Source of the DNA: an uncultured Trueperaceae bacterium
GTDB lineage: Bacteria > Deinococcota > Deinococci > Deinococcales > Trueperaceae
Direction of reading: 5' to 3'
DNA length: 64,000 nt
Assembly: GCA_963799485.1 (NCBI GenBank)
Contig: CAWCXJ010000009.1
Location: 64,001 to 128,000, forward strand
Numbering within the stretch: position 1 is the first letter of the stretch; every line of letters starts with the position of its first letter. The position numbers and the translations under genes were made by a program. The notes beneath the pieces were generated by a model. That model did no database searches, had not been told where the DNA came from, and saw only the letters and a list, made by a program, of their open reading frames with translations. Below, one piece after another: positions 49,862 through 60,528 of this stretch.

Positions 49862-50043
49862 CCATTTCGTCTTGAAGCTATAGCTGTTCACAACGACCCA
49901 AGCCCAGGGGTTCGCAAACCTCGAGCACATTATGTTTTGGCGTGTCGTGTCTCATAGCCCCAACTCTATTCCAAAAAGCTGAAGGGACGATTGATTCTTG
50001 TCTCTTGCAGCGTCCGGTTACACGACGCGGTTAGACAGTAAGG

Positions 50044-50442
50044 TTACGGCAAAGAAACAACGGAAAACTGCGCACGTAAAGCTGTTTCTAGCTGATCTTC
50101 TATGGACGTGTTTCTCGGAGAACTTCTGACGGCCACCTGAACGACGTTTTCACCGATTGCCGAAAATGAAACACCGAGTTTTTGCTCAGGTGAAGAGGCG
50201 TCGCCGAGAGCATCCAAAAGGGCGATGCCAGCGGTCACTTCCGCACTACACGAAACGAAGTTGTCTCCGATGGTGTCAACGCTCAGAAAATTGTAGTTTG
50301 CTGGCGCTATAGCAGGACAAGCGGCGACTGCAGCGTTCACCATGGCCTGGGTCGCCCCCAGCATTTGAACCGCAGGACGACCCGCCGCTGGCGCACAGGC
50401 TGCTAAAGTGACCAGAACAACCAACCCAATGGGTTTTTTCAT
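50044..50442 (-). CDS. Hypothetical lipoprotein
   Basis: MKK signal with LAAC lipobox; ATG overlaps the upstream TGA. Confidence 0.7.
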   Translation of the reverse strand: MKKPIGLVVLVTLAACAPAAGRPAVQMLGATQAMVNAAVAACPAIAPANYNFLSVDTIGDNFVSCSAEVTAGIALLDALGDASSPEQKLGVSFSAIGENVVQVAVRSSPRNTSIEDQLETALRAQFSVVSLP

Positions 50443-50825
50443 GAGTTTTCCCTTTTGCCCAGCTCTCTCCACGCGAACCACAAAATGGCGACCATATAGA
50501 CAATTTCGGCGGTTGCGAAAAAGATGTAAGAATAGGTCGCGCTGCCCCCGCCTATGACAAACAGGGTCGTCAGAACTACGGCAAAAGTGTTGAGCCAGCG
50601 GCTGGTTTTATCGGACAAGACGAGGCACAGGAATATCATCACTATGGGAATCTCGAGAAACACAGAAAAGACGAGCAGCAGCGCGGGCGTAACCGGAAAG
50701 CCGAAAGAACCTGCGATAATCTGCTCCAGCACACCGGGGTGGATAAACCCCACGATGTCGGCAAACGCGATGTTAAACATAACAACCGCCCACAACGCCG
50801 AAAGTTTAAGTCTTGTCATGTCCAT
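50439..50825 (-). CDS. DUF6326-like small membrane protein
   Basis: KLSALW..VMF..FAD...PG.LE, EIPI.MIFL and RW.N. Confidence 0.7.
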   Translation of the reverse strand: MDMTRLKLSALWAVVMFNIAFADIVGFIHPGVLEQIIAGSFGFPVTPALLLVFSVFLEIPIVMIFLCLVLSDKTSRWLNTFAVVLTTLFVIGGGSATYSYIFFATAEIVYMVAILWFAWRELGKRENS

Positions 50826-50869
50826 GCAAATTGACCTTTCAAATCAGATGAAGTATTTGGTGCCGGAAA

Positions 50870-51499
50870 TTAGACTGGTTTGACCTCGAGCTGCCGGGGC
50901 GTCACAAGCCACTGCGCCAGCAGCAGGTTCGGCACCCACGATGTCCAGGCGACCATCATGTAGGCGACTTCAAAACCGAACGCTGCGCTCAGCAGGGGCA
51001 GCTCGAGGCGCAGCATGACGCCCGCAAACGTCAGGGCGAAGTTACGCACCGTCCAGCGGCGATGCTCAGCGACGTTGCCGTCACGGATGCGAACATAAGC
51101 CATCAGCCCGGTAGCGAGCCAGAGCAGCGCCAGGGTGGCAAAGCCGTTGCGGGCGATTTCGCCGGTATAAGCGTAGGTGGACATGTAGAGTCCGGCAAGA
51201 CCGCCGCACAAAACACCCAGCAGATAGACGCGGCCCAACCAGCGATGAACCGCGGGCCATCTCGCGCGTAGCCCGTTCAAAAATAAAAACGGCCCCAACG
51301 CCAAGGCGACCATACTACTAACGATGTGAAGGAGCAGCGCGGTCAAGTGGGCAGTATAGACGGCCCGCTGTTCGGGAAAAAAGACATCGGAATTGAGAGA
51401 CAAATACCGACCGGCGAGCAAAACGACGGACAAAGAGAGAAGGACGACAAGGCTCCAGCCAAGGTTGTTACGCACGTTTACGCTACGTTTTTGCTGCAT
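50870..51499 (-). CDS. DUF2306 membrane protein
   Basis: HRWLGRVY, HRRW..R.FALT.A...LR and W..WVPNL. Confidence 0.85.
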   Translation of the reverse strand: MQQKRSVNVRNNLGWSLVVLLSLSVVLLAGRYLSLNSDVFFPEQRAVYTAHLTALLLHIVSSMVALALGPFLFLNGLRARWPAVHRWLGRVYLLGVLCGGLAGLYMSTYAYTGEIARNGFATLALLWLATGLMAYVRIRDGNVAEHRRWTVRNFALTFAGVMLRLELPLLSAAFGFEVAYMMVAWTSWVPNLLLAQWLVTPRQLEVKPV

Positions 51500-51870
51500 G
51501 TTTACATTTCACACTTTCTTGAACAGGTTTAGGGGAAAAGACGTCGAGCAATTTGCTATATCTGAGTTCGGCCTTTTCGGGCCGTTTCTACCTCCGGCAA
51601 GGGTTTGAACGTAATCGTCCAACAGAAGCGTCTGGAACGACATGACCGAGCGTACAGCCCGCTGCAGTCATATGATAAGTGACGGTCGTAACGAGGCAGT
51701 AGAAGGATTTGCTCCGGTTGCTCGAGCGTATGCGTAGCTAGAGACTAGAGTTTCGTCGCCCTGCAAGCTCAAAATGGTGTAAGGTGTCTCTGGTATTTAC
51801 AGGACGCGACATCAGCGCGGAGGTTAGCTGTGAGAACAGAGGATAGCGCAAACGAAACCACCTTGCAGAC

Positions 51871-51927
51871 CAGGTAACAACTGAGTAACAATTTCAGGTA
51901 ACATTGAGTGACAATTTCAGGTAACAA
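51871..51927. repeat. Imperfect 23-24 bp tandem repeat (about 2.4 units)
   Basis: caggtaacaactgagtaacaattt / caggtaacattgagtgacaattt / caggtaacaa. Confidence 0.8.
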
Positions 51928-52245
51928 GGTTTCGGGCGAGTTTAGATAATCGGCACAGTTTTTAGATGCCAGTGTGCAGCTTGACCTTCCCAAACCAACC
52001 GAACAACGTAAAACCCCTGCGGTGGCGACAAAAGCGCAGAACTCGAGCAGACCGACCGGCGACACTACTACGCCAGGCTGGGTTTCAGCGTGTGACCCGC
52101 CTGTATAAAAAACAGCGCTAAAGCCGGGTTGCTCAAAACCTATAGACCCTAAAAACTTAGCTGCGAACGTCGGTTTCGGCGTTCCCGTAAAAACTGAGGT
52201 TTGGGACTTTACGCTGACTCGCTCCCAAACCCGTGGAGGAAAGTT

Positions 52246-53979
52246 TTGAATCGAGGCAGAAAATTTTTGTCTTATTACAAACCCTATCGCGGCTTGCTCG
52301 TGGCAGATTTGGCGTGCGCTTTTGTGGTCGCCGCCGTCACGCTGACCCTGCCCTTGGGCGCACGCTACATCACCAAAACCTTTACAGAGGGGAACAGTCA
52401 TAACGCACTGAATCAAATCTACACGGTCGGCGCAGGAATGGTCGCTCTCATCGTCATTCACGCGCTCTGCTTGATGTTCGTCGATTATCAGGGGCACGCG
52501 ATGGGCGCGAAGATGGAACGCGATATGCGGCAGGAACTTTTTGAGCACTACCAAAAGTTGTCGTTCAGCTTTTTTGACGAGCGAAAAACGGGTCAACTCA
52601 TGAACCGGCTGACCAATGACACCTTCTGGCTCGGCGAGCTGTACCATCACGGCCCCGAGGATATCGTTATCGCGTCCTTGAAGTTTTTCGGCACTTTCGT
52701 AATTCTGTTGAGCATCAACGTTCCCTTAACGCTGATTGTCTTTCTCTTCTTACCCGTCATGGCGGGCTACGCGTTTTTCTTCAACAAACGGATGAACCGG
52801 GTGCTGCGGACAACCAAAGACCGCATCGGCGACATCAACGCACAAGCCGAAGACACGCTCGCAGGTATGAGAGTCGTCAAATCGTTGACCAACGAAGATA
52901 TTGAGACAGAGAAATTTGCAGCTGCCAACGACCGCTTTTTGGAGAGCCGTAAGGACGGCTACAAAAGCGAGGCGTACCTTTTCGCCGGGTTGATTGCCTT
53001 TACGCAGCTCCTCACCGTCGCGGTCATCGTTTTCGGCGGCGCGGGCATCGTGCAGGGTTCGCTGGATTTGGCCGACCTCGTGACCTACTTGCTTTATGTC
53101 GGCCTGCTGATCGAGCCGATTCGCACCGCGCTTAATTTTACGGTGCTGTACCAAGAAGGCGTGACCGGGTTCGACCGGCTGGTGGAGATGCTCGAGCTAA
53201 ACCCCGATGTTCAAGACGCACCAGGCGTAACCGAACTCACCCACGTGCGAGGAGATGTGGCGTTCAAAAGGGTCAGTTTCAGCTATAGGGAGGGGTCGGG
53301 GCACGTCCTCAAAGACCTCTCTTTGCAGGTCGAGGCGGGTGAATACGTCGCGCTGGTCGGGCCTTCCGGCGTGGGCAAGACTACGCTCTGCTCACTTATC
53401 CCACGTTTTTACGAGGTGGACGAAGGTGCAATTCTACTCGATGGTCACGACATCAAGAACGTCAGCTTGAAATCCTTGAGAAGCAACATCGGCGTCGTGC
53501 AGCAAGATGTTTATCTATTCGCTGGAACGGTCGCGGACAACATCCTTTACGGCAAGTTGGACGCAACGCAAGCCGAAATCATCAGCGCCGCGAAACAAGC
53601 CAATGCCCACGACTTTATTACGGCGCTGCCAGACGGTTACGGCACCGACATCGGGCAACGCGGCGTCAAGCTTTCGGGTGGACAAAAGCAGCGCTTAAGT
53701 ATCGCCAGAGTCTTTTTGAAAAATCCGCCTGTTCTCATCTTCGACGAGGCGACGAGTTCCTTGGACAACGAGAGCGAACGGGCGGTTCAGGAGGCGCTCG
53801 AGACCCTTACCCACAAGCGCACGACCATTGTGATTGCCCACCGCTTGTCAACTGTCAGGAACGCAGACCGGATTATCGTTTTGACCGAATCGGGCGTTGC
53901 AGAACAGGGGAACCATCAGGCGCTGATGGCGGCAGGTGGCGTCTATGCGAACCTGCACGAGCTGCAGTTACGACTCTGA
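52246..53979 (+). CDS. ABC exporter, fused permease/ATPase (MsbA/MdlB type)
   Basis: TM domain, Walker A GPSGVGKT, LSGGQKQR and DEATSSLD. GGAGGA RBS before TTG 52246. Confidence 0.93.
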   Translation: MNRGRKFLSYYKPYRGLLVADLACAFVVAAVTLTLPLGARYITKTFTEGNSHNALNQIYTVGAGMVALIVIHALCLMFVDYQGHAMGAKMERDMRQELFEHYQKLSFSFFDERKTGQLMNRLTNDTFWLGELYHHGPEDIVIASLKFFGTFVILLSINVPLTLIVFLFLPVMAGYAFFFNKRMNRVLRTTKDRIGDINAQAEDTLAGMRVVKSLTNEDIETEKFAAANDRFLESRKDGYKSEAYLFAGLIAFTQLLTVAVIVFGGAGIVQGSLDLADLVTYLLYVGLLIEPIRTALNFTVLYQEGVTGFDRLVEMLELNPDVQDAPGVTELTHVRGDVAFKRVSFSYREGSGHVLKDLSLQVEAGEYVALVGPSGVGKTTLCSLIPRFYEVDEGAILLDGHDIKNVSLKSLRSNIGVVQQDVYLFAGTVADNILYGKLDATQAEIISAAKQANAHDFITALPDGYGTDIGQRGVKLSGGQKQRLSIARVFLKNPPVLIFDEATSSLDNESERAVQEALETLTHKRTTIVIAHRLSTVRNADRIIVLTESGVAEQGNHQALMAAGGVYANLHELQLRL

Positions 53980-54210
53980 GGTTGAACCGTTATTAGGTAT
54001 AGTCGAAGCGCCGACTTTCTGAACGTCGCCTGAGCGCTGCGAGATGCTCAGAGGGGTGGCTCGAGCCACTCAAAACACACCTCAAAAAGTCGCTGAAACC
54101 TGCTTTCGCTTACCAGGTGTTTTGGGGCCGCATGATAGACTTTATTAGAGAGAAATCTGCGGTTTCAGCCTTGTCACACACGGCTCAGACTACGTTAGCG
54201 GAGGTTTTTT

Positions 54211-54579
54211 ATGTACCGAGGAAGAGAAGGGCAGTGGGCGTTCGTGCTTCACCGCCTCTCCGGGGTGGCGTTGGCACTCTACTTGATGCTCCACGTGCTC
54301 GACATCAGCCTGGTGATGTACGGCCCCGACGGGCCTTTTAACGCCTTTTTAGCGTTTTACCACCAGTGGCCCTTTCGTATCGGCCTGATTTTGATTATGG
54401 CGGCGGTCGTCTATCACGCGTTCAATGGGCTCCGCATCATCCTGATGGATTTTACGAGTTGGGGCACGAAGTATCACCGGCAGCTCTGGTACGGCGTTTT
54501 GGGCGCGACTACGATTATCGGCATTCCGGTTCTGCTCAAAATTGTCCCGGAAATTTTCGGGGCCGGACGTGGTGGTTAA
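54211..54579 (+). CDS. sdhC: Succinate dehydrogenase cytochrome b556 subunit
   Basis: LHRLSG and YHAFNGLRIIL.D motifs; first gene of the sdh operon. Confidence 0.92.
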   Translation: MYRGREGQWAFVLHRLSGVALALYLMLHVLDISLVMYGPDGPFNAFLAFYHQWPFRIGLILIMAAVVYHAFNGLRIILMDFTSWGTKYHRQLWYGVLGATTIIGIPVLLKIVPEIFGAGRGG

Positions 54580-54581
54580 GT

Positions 54582-54998
54582 ATGGCGGTTAAACCACGCA
54601 CCCTCCGCGAAGCCAAGGTGACCTACAATACCAACGGCGAACTCGCGTGGTGGGTCTTTATGCGCGTTTCGGGTCTGGTGCTGATATTTTTGGTTTTTGG
54701 TCACGTGTTTTTCAACAACATCGCTTTCAACGCCGGTCAGATCGATTACACCTACGTCGCCAACCGCTTTTCGCAGTCTTGGGTCAAGGTTTACGACTCG
54801 TTTTTGCTGGGTTTTGCGATGCTTCACGGCGTCAACGGCCTGCGTTACAGCGTTGAGGATTATATCCGGCGTCCGGGACGGCGGTTTTGGACGAAGATTC
54901 TGCTCTACTCCGTCGCCGGGGTCATGCTCGTCCTCGGGGTGATGACCTTGTGGGCCTTTTCATACGAAGAGATGGGCGACGCGGTTCGTGCGCTCTAG
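54582..54998 (+). CDS. sdhD: Succinate dehydrogenase hydrophobic anchor subunit
   Basis: W.FMR.SG...H and HG.NGLR..EDY motifs. Confidence 0.9.
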   Translation: MAVKPRTLREAKVTYNTNGELAWWVFMRVSGLVLIFLVFGHVFFNNIAFNAGQIDYTYVANRFSQSWVKVYDSFLLGFAMLHGVNGLRYSVEDYIRRPGRRFWTKILLYSVAGVMLVLGVMTLWAFSYEEMGDAVRAL

Positions 54999-55012
54999 CA
55001 AAAGGAGTTTTG

Positions 55013-56752
55013 ATGTCGCAGCTTCATAAATTTGACGTACTCGTCGTCGGTGCGGGTGGCGCTGGCCTGATGGCGGCCCGCTACGCGGCGCAGCAGCCGG
55101 GCGTTTCGGTCGCAGTAGTCAGCAAACTCTACCCGACGCGTTCGCACACCGGGGCGGCGCAAGGGGGCGTCGGCGCGGCGCTCGGTAACGTCTCCGAAGA
55201 TCATCCGGAGTGGCACGCCTTCGACACGATTAAAGGCGGCGACTACCTTACCGACCAGGATGTGGCGGAGATGTTCGCGCACGAGGTCGTCGAAGCGGTG
55301 TATGAACTCGAGCACATGGGTCTGCCCTTTTCCCGCACGCCCGAAGGCAAAATCGCCCAGCGCAAGTTCGGCGGTCACACCAGAGAGTTCGGCAAGTCGG
55401 CTGTCGAACGCGCTTGTTACGCCGCCGACCGCACCGGACACATGATTTTGCAGACCTTGTACCAGCAGTCGATCAAAAATAACGTGACGTTTTTTAACGA
55501 GTTTCACGTTTTAGACATCTTGATCGAAGACGGTGAATGCCGTGGTGTCGTCGCGTATGAACTCGCCACCGGCGAACTGCACACCTTTCAGGCGAAGTCT
55601 ACGATTTTGGCTTCGGGCGGCAACGGGCGGATGTTCAAGGTCACCTCAAACGCGCACGCGCTGACCGGCGACCTGATGAGCGTGGTGTACCGGCGCGGCG
55701 TCCCATTAGAAGACCCCGAGTTCTACCAGTTTCATCCGACCGGGCTCTATAAAATCGGAGTATTGCTGACTGAAGGGGCAAGGGGCGAGGGCGCAATCTT
55801 GCGCAACCAGGACGGCGAGCGTTTTATGGAACGTTACGCCCCATCGATTAAAGACCTGGCCCCGCGCGATATGGTCTCGAGGGCCATGTACTTGGAGATG
55901 CGCGAAGGACGCGGCGTCGGCCCCGACAAAGATTACATCAACCTAGACCTGACCCACATCGACGCCGAGATTATCGAAAAACGGTTGCCGGACATCACTG
56001 AGTTCGCGCGCATTTACCTGGGCGTCGACCCCATCAGCGAACCCGTCCCGGTGCAACCGACCGCGCACTACGCGATGGGCGGCATTCCCACGACGATTCA
56101 CACCGAAGTCATCGGCGCAGCTGATAACAGCGTCATTCCCGGTCTTTACGCTGCCGGTGAAGTGGCGTGTGCGTCGCTGCACGGGGCCAACCGCCTCGGT
56201 ACGAACAGCCTGGGCGACCTGATTGTGTTCGGTCGGCGTGCCGGCATCTACGCGGCGAAATATGCGGCTCAAGCGTCGTTTAATAAGCTTCCGGAGCAGC
56301 CGCAAGACTTTACCCGCAACTTGCTCGATAAAGCCTTAAACGGCCCCGGTAAGGAGCGCGTTTCGCATATCCGTAAAGATATGCAGGAAACGATGCAAGA
56401 CAACGCCTCGGTTTTCCGCACCGATGAAACGCTCTCGAAGCAGATTGAAATCGTCAAAGAGCTTAAAGGCCGGTACAAAGACATCGGCGTCGAAGACCAG
56501 GGCAAGCAGTACAACACCGAACTGATGGAGGCGCTCGAGCTAGGCTTTTTGCTCGACAACGCCGAAGCCCTCGTGTACGCGGCGCACAACCGCAAAGAGT
56601 CGCGCGGCGCGCACTCCCGCGAAGACTATAAAGAGCGCGACGACGGCGAATGGCTCAAACACACCCTCGTTCATAAAGACGGTGACGGCGTGTGCATTGA
56701 CTACAAACCCGTCACACTCGGTAAATACGAACCGAAACCGAGGGTCTATTAA
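55013..56752 (+). CDS. sdhA: Succinate dehydrogenase flavoprotein
   Basis: GAGGAG, RSHTGAAQGG, QFHPTG, HYAMGG and HGANRLG.NSL motifs. Confidence 0.97.
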   Translation: MSQLHKFDVLVVGAGGAGLMAARYAAQQPGVSVAVVSKLYPTRSHTGAAQGGVGAALGNVSEDHPEWHAFDTIKGGDYLTDQDVAEMFAHEVVEAVYELEHMGLPFSRTPEGKIAQRKFGGHTREFGKSAVERACYAADRTGHMILQTLYQQSIKNNVTFFNEFHVLDILIEDGECRGVVAYELATGELHTFQAKSTILASGGNGRMFKVTSNAHALTGDLMSVVYRRGVPLEDPEFYQFHPTGLYKIGVLLTEGARGEGAILRNQDGERFMERYAPSIKDLAPRDMVSRAMYLEMREGRGVGPDKDYINLDLTHIDAEIIEKRLPDITEFARIYLGVDPISEPVPVQPTAHYAMGGIPTTIHTEVIGAADNSVIPGLYAAGEVACASLHGANRLGTNSLGDLIVFGRRAGIYAAKYAAQASFNKLPEQPQDFTRNLLDKALNGPGKERVSHIRKDMQETMQDNASVFRTDETLSKQIEIVKELKGRYKDIGVEDQGKQYNTELMEALELGFLLDNAEALVYAAHNRKESRGAHSREDYKERDDGEWLKHTLVHKDGDGVCIDYKPVTLGKYEPKPRVY

Positions 56753-56831
56753 GTGAAAAGCAACGAGCAATGAGTAGAAGCTTGTCACTCACTGCTCGTT
56801 GCTCGGCGCTCATTACTAAAAAAAGGAACTC

Positions 56832-57554
56832 ATGCCTGAACCCGCCATGCAAGAAAAACAAATCACTGTTAAGATCAAGCGCTTCAACCCTGAAAAGGAC
56901 AAACGCCCGTACTGGGCCGAGTACAAACTCAAAGCGCGCGGCACCGACCGCGTTTTAGACGTCCTCAACCAAATCAAATGGGAAACCGACGGTACTTTGT
57001 CATATCGCCGTTCGTGCGCCCACGGCATCTGCGGCTCCGACGCCATGCTGATTAACGGTGTCAACCGGCTCGCGTGTAAGATTTTAGTACGCGACTTGGG
57101 CGATACCATCAAAGTCGAACCGATTCGCGGCCTGACGGTCGTCAAAGACATGATCGTCGATATGGAGCCGTTTTTCGATTCATACAAGGCTGTCTTGCCT
57201 TACTTTATCAACGACGAACCCGCCCCTACCGGCGAACGGCTCCAAAGCCCCGAAGACCGCGAAATCTTCGATGCGACGACCAAGTGCATCCTCTGCGCCG
57301 CCTGCACGACCTCATGTCCGGTGTTCTGGACGAACGGTTCGTACTTAGGGCCAGCGGCAATCGTCAATGCACACCGCTTTATTTTCGACTCGAGAGACGA
57401 AGGTACGCCTGACCGCTTGCAAGTTTTAGGGCAAGCGAACGGTCTCTGGCGTTGCCGCACGGCGTATAACTGCACTGAAGCGTGCCCCAGGGGGATTCCA
57501 ATCACGCAGGCGATTGAAGATGTGAAAAAAGAGTTGCTCTGGCGTCGGGCTTGA
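56832..57554 (+). CDS. sdhB: Succinate dehydrogenase iron-sulfur subunit
   Basis: SCAHGICGSD, CILCAACTTSCP and CRTAYNCTEACP motifs. Confidence 0.97.
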   Translation: MPEPAMQEKQITVKIKRFNPEKDKRPYWAEYKLKARGTDRVLDVLNQIKWETDGTLSYRRSCAHGICGSDAMLINGVNRLACKILVRDLGDTIKVEPIRGLTVVKDMIVDMEPFFDSYKAVLPYFINDEPAPTGERLQSPEDREIFDATTKCILCAACTTSCPVFWTNGSYLGPAAIVNAHRFIFDSRDEGTPDRLQVLGQANGLWRCRTAYNCTEACPRGIPITQAIEDVKKELLWRRA

Positions 57555-57569
57555 TACTGAAGATAGAGT

Positions 57570-57599
57570 AAAGAAGAGGCGTTGCAACGCCTCTTCTTT
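57570..57599. terminator. Perfect 30-bp palindrome, sdh operon terminator
   Basis: aaagaagaggcgttg|caacgcctcttcttt. Confidence 0.8.
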
Positions 57600-57635
57600 C
57601 AAAGGCTACAAAGCTGCTCGCTACGAACCTTTGTA

Positions 57636-58512
57636 GGTAATGGCTCAATCACGAATGACAGCCCTACGTTCAAAGCTGTAACGGTGTAAAAAGAGGTGCA
57701 GGCAGATGAGGTGCACTAGAGCGGGCAACCTTCGGTCGGCCCTCATGGGCCTAGTTATCTCGTCGGATTTGGAGAAGGAAAAGGTCTTACGGACAAACCG
57801 CGCAGGCCGCTGCCTGATAGTGTTGTAAAACCGCTCGGTGTGAGCGGTGAGACAGCGTCTTTGCCAACAGCCTGGTGGTGTTCATCAGGGATGACGGCTT
57901 GGTAAGCGTCCCGAAGTCGGTAAAGCAGCTGCCTTGCTTGGAAACCTCAGGAATAGCTTGCCATAAGTAACGACAGGTTGCGACGCCTCTACCTCCAACA
58001 ACACAGACAACTACTTGCCGGGTGTGCTTGCAGAGCGCCAACCAAATCCAGCGTTTGTTGCTCTTGCAGCGTACAAACGACCAGAGTGCCCCAAACGAAG
58101 TGGCAAGGTACATTTCGGCTAGTTCCAGGCAGACCGTCTTCGGCTCATTGGGTTGCGTGTCTTTAGGAGGCGGCAGCGTCATGACTCTCGAGCCATTTGG
58201 TCACGGTGTTACGTGACGCCAGCGCCGCGGCTTTGCCGTCCAGCAAACGTGCGTGCCAGACCCCGCAGACTCGAGCGCTTCTGGTAAGCTCTAGGTATCT
58301 CTTACACGCCTCGCTGTAGCCGAAGTCTGGGTTTGCTAATCGCCTTACCGCACGCTCGATACCGACACTTCTGCCGTTAGGCGCTCTGCCGTTCCCGACA
58401 AGCTGTTCGCGCCCGCAGCGGACAGGCCCGGGAGGTGCCGTTTTGTTCAAGACAGGGATAGCACTTAACGCTAACTATCCCTTAGCTTATCGGCTTGACG
58501 TGAACCATTCCC
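57636..58512 (-). mobile_element. IS1-family element, copy C (degenerate)
   Basis: IRs GGTAATGGCTCAA (57636) and TGAACCATTCCC (ends 58512). InsA/InsB motifs with frameshifts; homologous to copies A and B. Confidence 0.9.
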
Positions 58513-58613
58513 CTTTTGCAAGATGTCTATACAAAACCGCCCAAAAACCACAGCAGAAACCGGGGTTGGCCTTCCCCGGGTTTTTATGCTGTTGTGTTCG
58601 GGGTGGTCATCGT

Positions 58614-59618
58614 TTATGTACGCCCCAGTTGTTTGGCGGCTTCGACGAGTGATGAGGGTGCCTGAGCCGGTTCCGTCACGATGCGGTGGATGGTCTGCAG
58701 GGTACCCCCCAGAAAACTCCGTCCATCGTCGAAAAAGCTGTTTTTGTCTAGATAGCTGCCGGGGCCGTCGTGATCCACCGGCCCCATCGGGATAACGCTG
58801 ATTTTGCCCCGCCGTTTTGCCTGATTCCAGTACGAATTGGCGACAACGGGCCAGCGCCCCGGAAAAACAACTGCACCCAGGGTCTGAACACGATCCTTGC
58901 TGCCTGCAAGGTGATAGAGATGTGTAAGGGTTTCAAGACCCCGGTCTGAGGCCATCACCCCGCCGAGTGAAATCATGGTGATCGGCGCGCCCAGAGCGCG
59001 GCTCAGATAAGGTGCAGCCCCGAGTGAAATCTGAGCCCCGCCGCTATAACCGATCAACGTGACGGGGACGCCGCTACCGGGTCTGTAACTGTTTTTCAGA
59101 AGGCTGTTGAGGATGACTTGCGCTTCCCCCTGGTTGTAGACGGGGCCGTAACGTTTGTCGGCTGAGACCAAGACCTGCAAGAGGTTGCGGATATTGATAG
59201 TAAAGCCGACGAGTGGACGTTTGCCCTCGACTTTGAGCTTGAACGCGCGCCGCCAAAAGCGTGACAAGAGCCTGCCTTCGGTCAGGTCGGTATTGGTCAC
59301 CGAATAGGGCATGATGTCGCCCAGGACTACGGCGTCCGGTAAGGCGTCGCTGAGCCGGTCGAGCAGATCTTGAACGTCGCCGTAATTGACCGCGCCGACT
59401 TTGGCGATCCCATCAAGAAATATGAGGTAGTGCTGTTTGACGGGAGTCGGTCGGGTACCGGCGGCCTGATAAGGCACCGGACTGTGCGCAGCCGGGGCGT
59501 GCAAGCATTCGTCGTACCGACCTGCCCACCACTCGAGCGACTCGAGTGGTGCGAGCAGCAGCGCGACGACAATTCCTGCAAAAACGACACCCAAAAACAG
59601 ATAAAGGCTATCTATCAC
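58614..59618 (-). CDS. Membrane-anchored alpha/beta-hydrolase-like hypothetical protein
   Basis: N-terminal TM, FLDGI, IGYSGG (GxSxG), GSKD and a C-terminal H. Confidence 0.6.
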   Translation of the reverse strand: MIDSLYLFLGVVFAGIVVALLLAPLESLEWWAGRYDECLHAPAAHSPVPYQAAGTRPTPVKQHYLIFLDGIAKVGAVNYGDVQDLLDRLSDALPDAVVLGDIMPYSVTNTDLTEGRLLSRFWRRAFKLKVEGKRPLVGFTINIRNLLQVLVSADKRYGPVYNQGEAQVILNSLLKNSYRPGSGVPVTLIGYSGGAQISLGAAPYLSRALGAPITMISLGGVMASDRGLETLTHLYHLAGSKDRVQTLGAVVFPGRWPVVANSYWNQAKRRGKISVIPMGPVDHDGPGSYLDKNSFFDDGRSFLGGTLQTIHRIVTEPAQAPSSLVEAAKQLGRT

Positions 59619-60321
59619 CGTACCCGCCCTCCTCGCATTCTCCCTGTGCGGACGCAGAACCGAGGCGAATATCTCGGCCCGTAGCGGCGTCGGCGTCCGG
59701 GTTTTTGTCCATGAGCGCCTCGAGGCTGCGCCAGTCCGTTACGACCTCAGCGCCCGCCGCGCGCCGTCTGAGCCAGCGGGCTACGCCGACTACCGGGCGT
59801 CCTACGGTTCGCTCCAAAAACTGCAACATCAGCCACCCCAGCGCGCTGCATAATAGCGCCTGCCACTCGGTTATACCGAGGACGCTGCTCACCCCGGTCA
59901 GAATAGCCAGCAGGCTCCAGAGGCTGAGCAGTACAAAGACCGGGACGCCGAAAAACGGCATAAAGACGAGCAAGCCGAAGACCCGGGGTGCGTAGCCGAG
60001 GCCGACGGCGGTCGCAACACTGCGCCAGACGGCGTCGCTATGAAAAACGTAGCGCACGATTAAAAAGATGCTCGTCGTCCAAAACAAGTAGGTAAAGGCG
60101 AAGATAACGGCGGCGATAGCGAGACTCGCCGCAAAACGCCCCAACTTTATCCGGTTGATAAAAAGCACCGCGCTCTGACCCAGCGCCGTTGAAAAACCTG
60201 TGAGTAGCACCACCAAAAGGGCGATTCTCAGCCCGGTCGGTAACGCGTCAGCTTGCCCAAAAACCTGGGCCTCGAGCCGCAGCGCTCCGTTTAACAGATT
60301 CCAGAACGTCGCTTCGGGCAT
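59608..60321 (-). CDS. Yip1-like multi-TM membrane protein
   Basis: About 6 TMs and a VGLGYAP motif; overlaps the start of the downstream gene. Confidence 0.6.
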   Translation of the reverse strand: MPEATFWNLLNGALRLEAQVFGQADALPTGLRIALLVVLLTGFSTALGQSAVLFINRIKLGRFAASLAIAAVIFAFTYLFWTTSIFLIVRYVFHSDAVWRSVATAVGLGYAPRVFGLLVFMPFFGVPVFVLLSLWSLLAILTGVSSVLGITEWQALLCSALGWLMLQFLERTVGRPVVGVARWLRRRAAGAEVVTDWRSLEALMDKNPDADAATGRDIRLGSASAQGECEEGGYGDR

Positions 60322-60528
60322 GATTTTGGCAGTGTACCCCGACTCGAGGTCACGTAGGTTTGGCAGTGCGGGTTTTGGCTTCGTCCAGGTTTTGCTGACA
60401 GCGGACGTCTGAGAAACGCTTTTGACCTTACGGCAAAAGAGCGAAGCCCGTACTTAACTGTTTTTTACGTCCAACCCGGGAAAAAGTCGCTGAAAGTTTG
60501 CCCCGAACAAGTTGCCGTAACAACAGAA

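Noticed and set aside
51769..52650. 293-aa minus-strand ORF and other long antisense ORFs (e.g. 46818-47771, 30162-30941, 9391-10176)
   Set aside because: These are shadow frames of well-supported genes in GC-rich DNA and carry no motifs.
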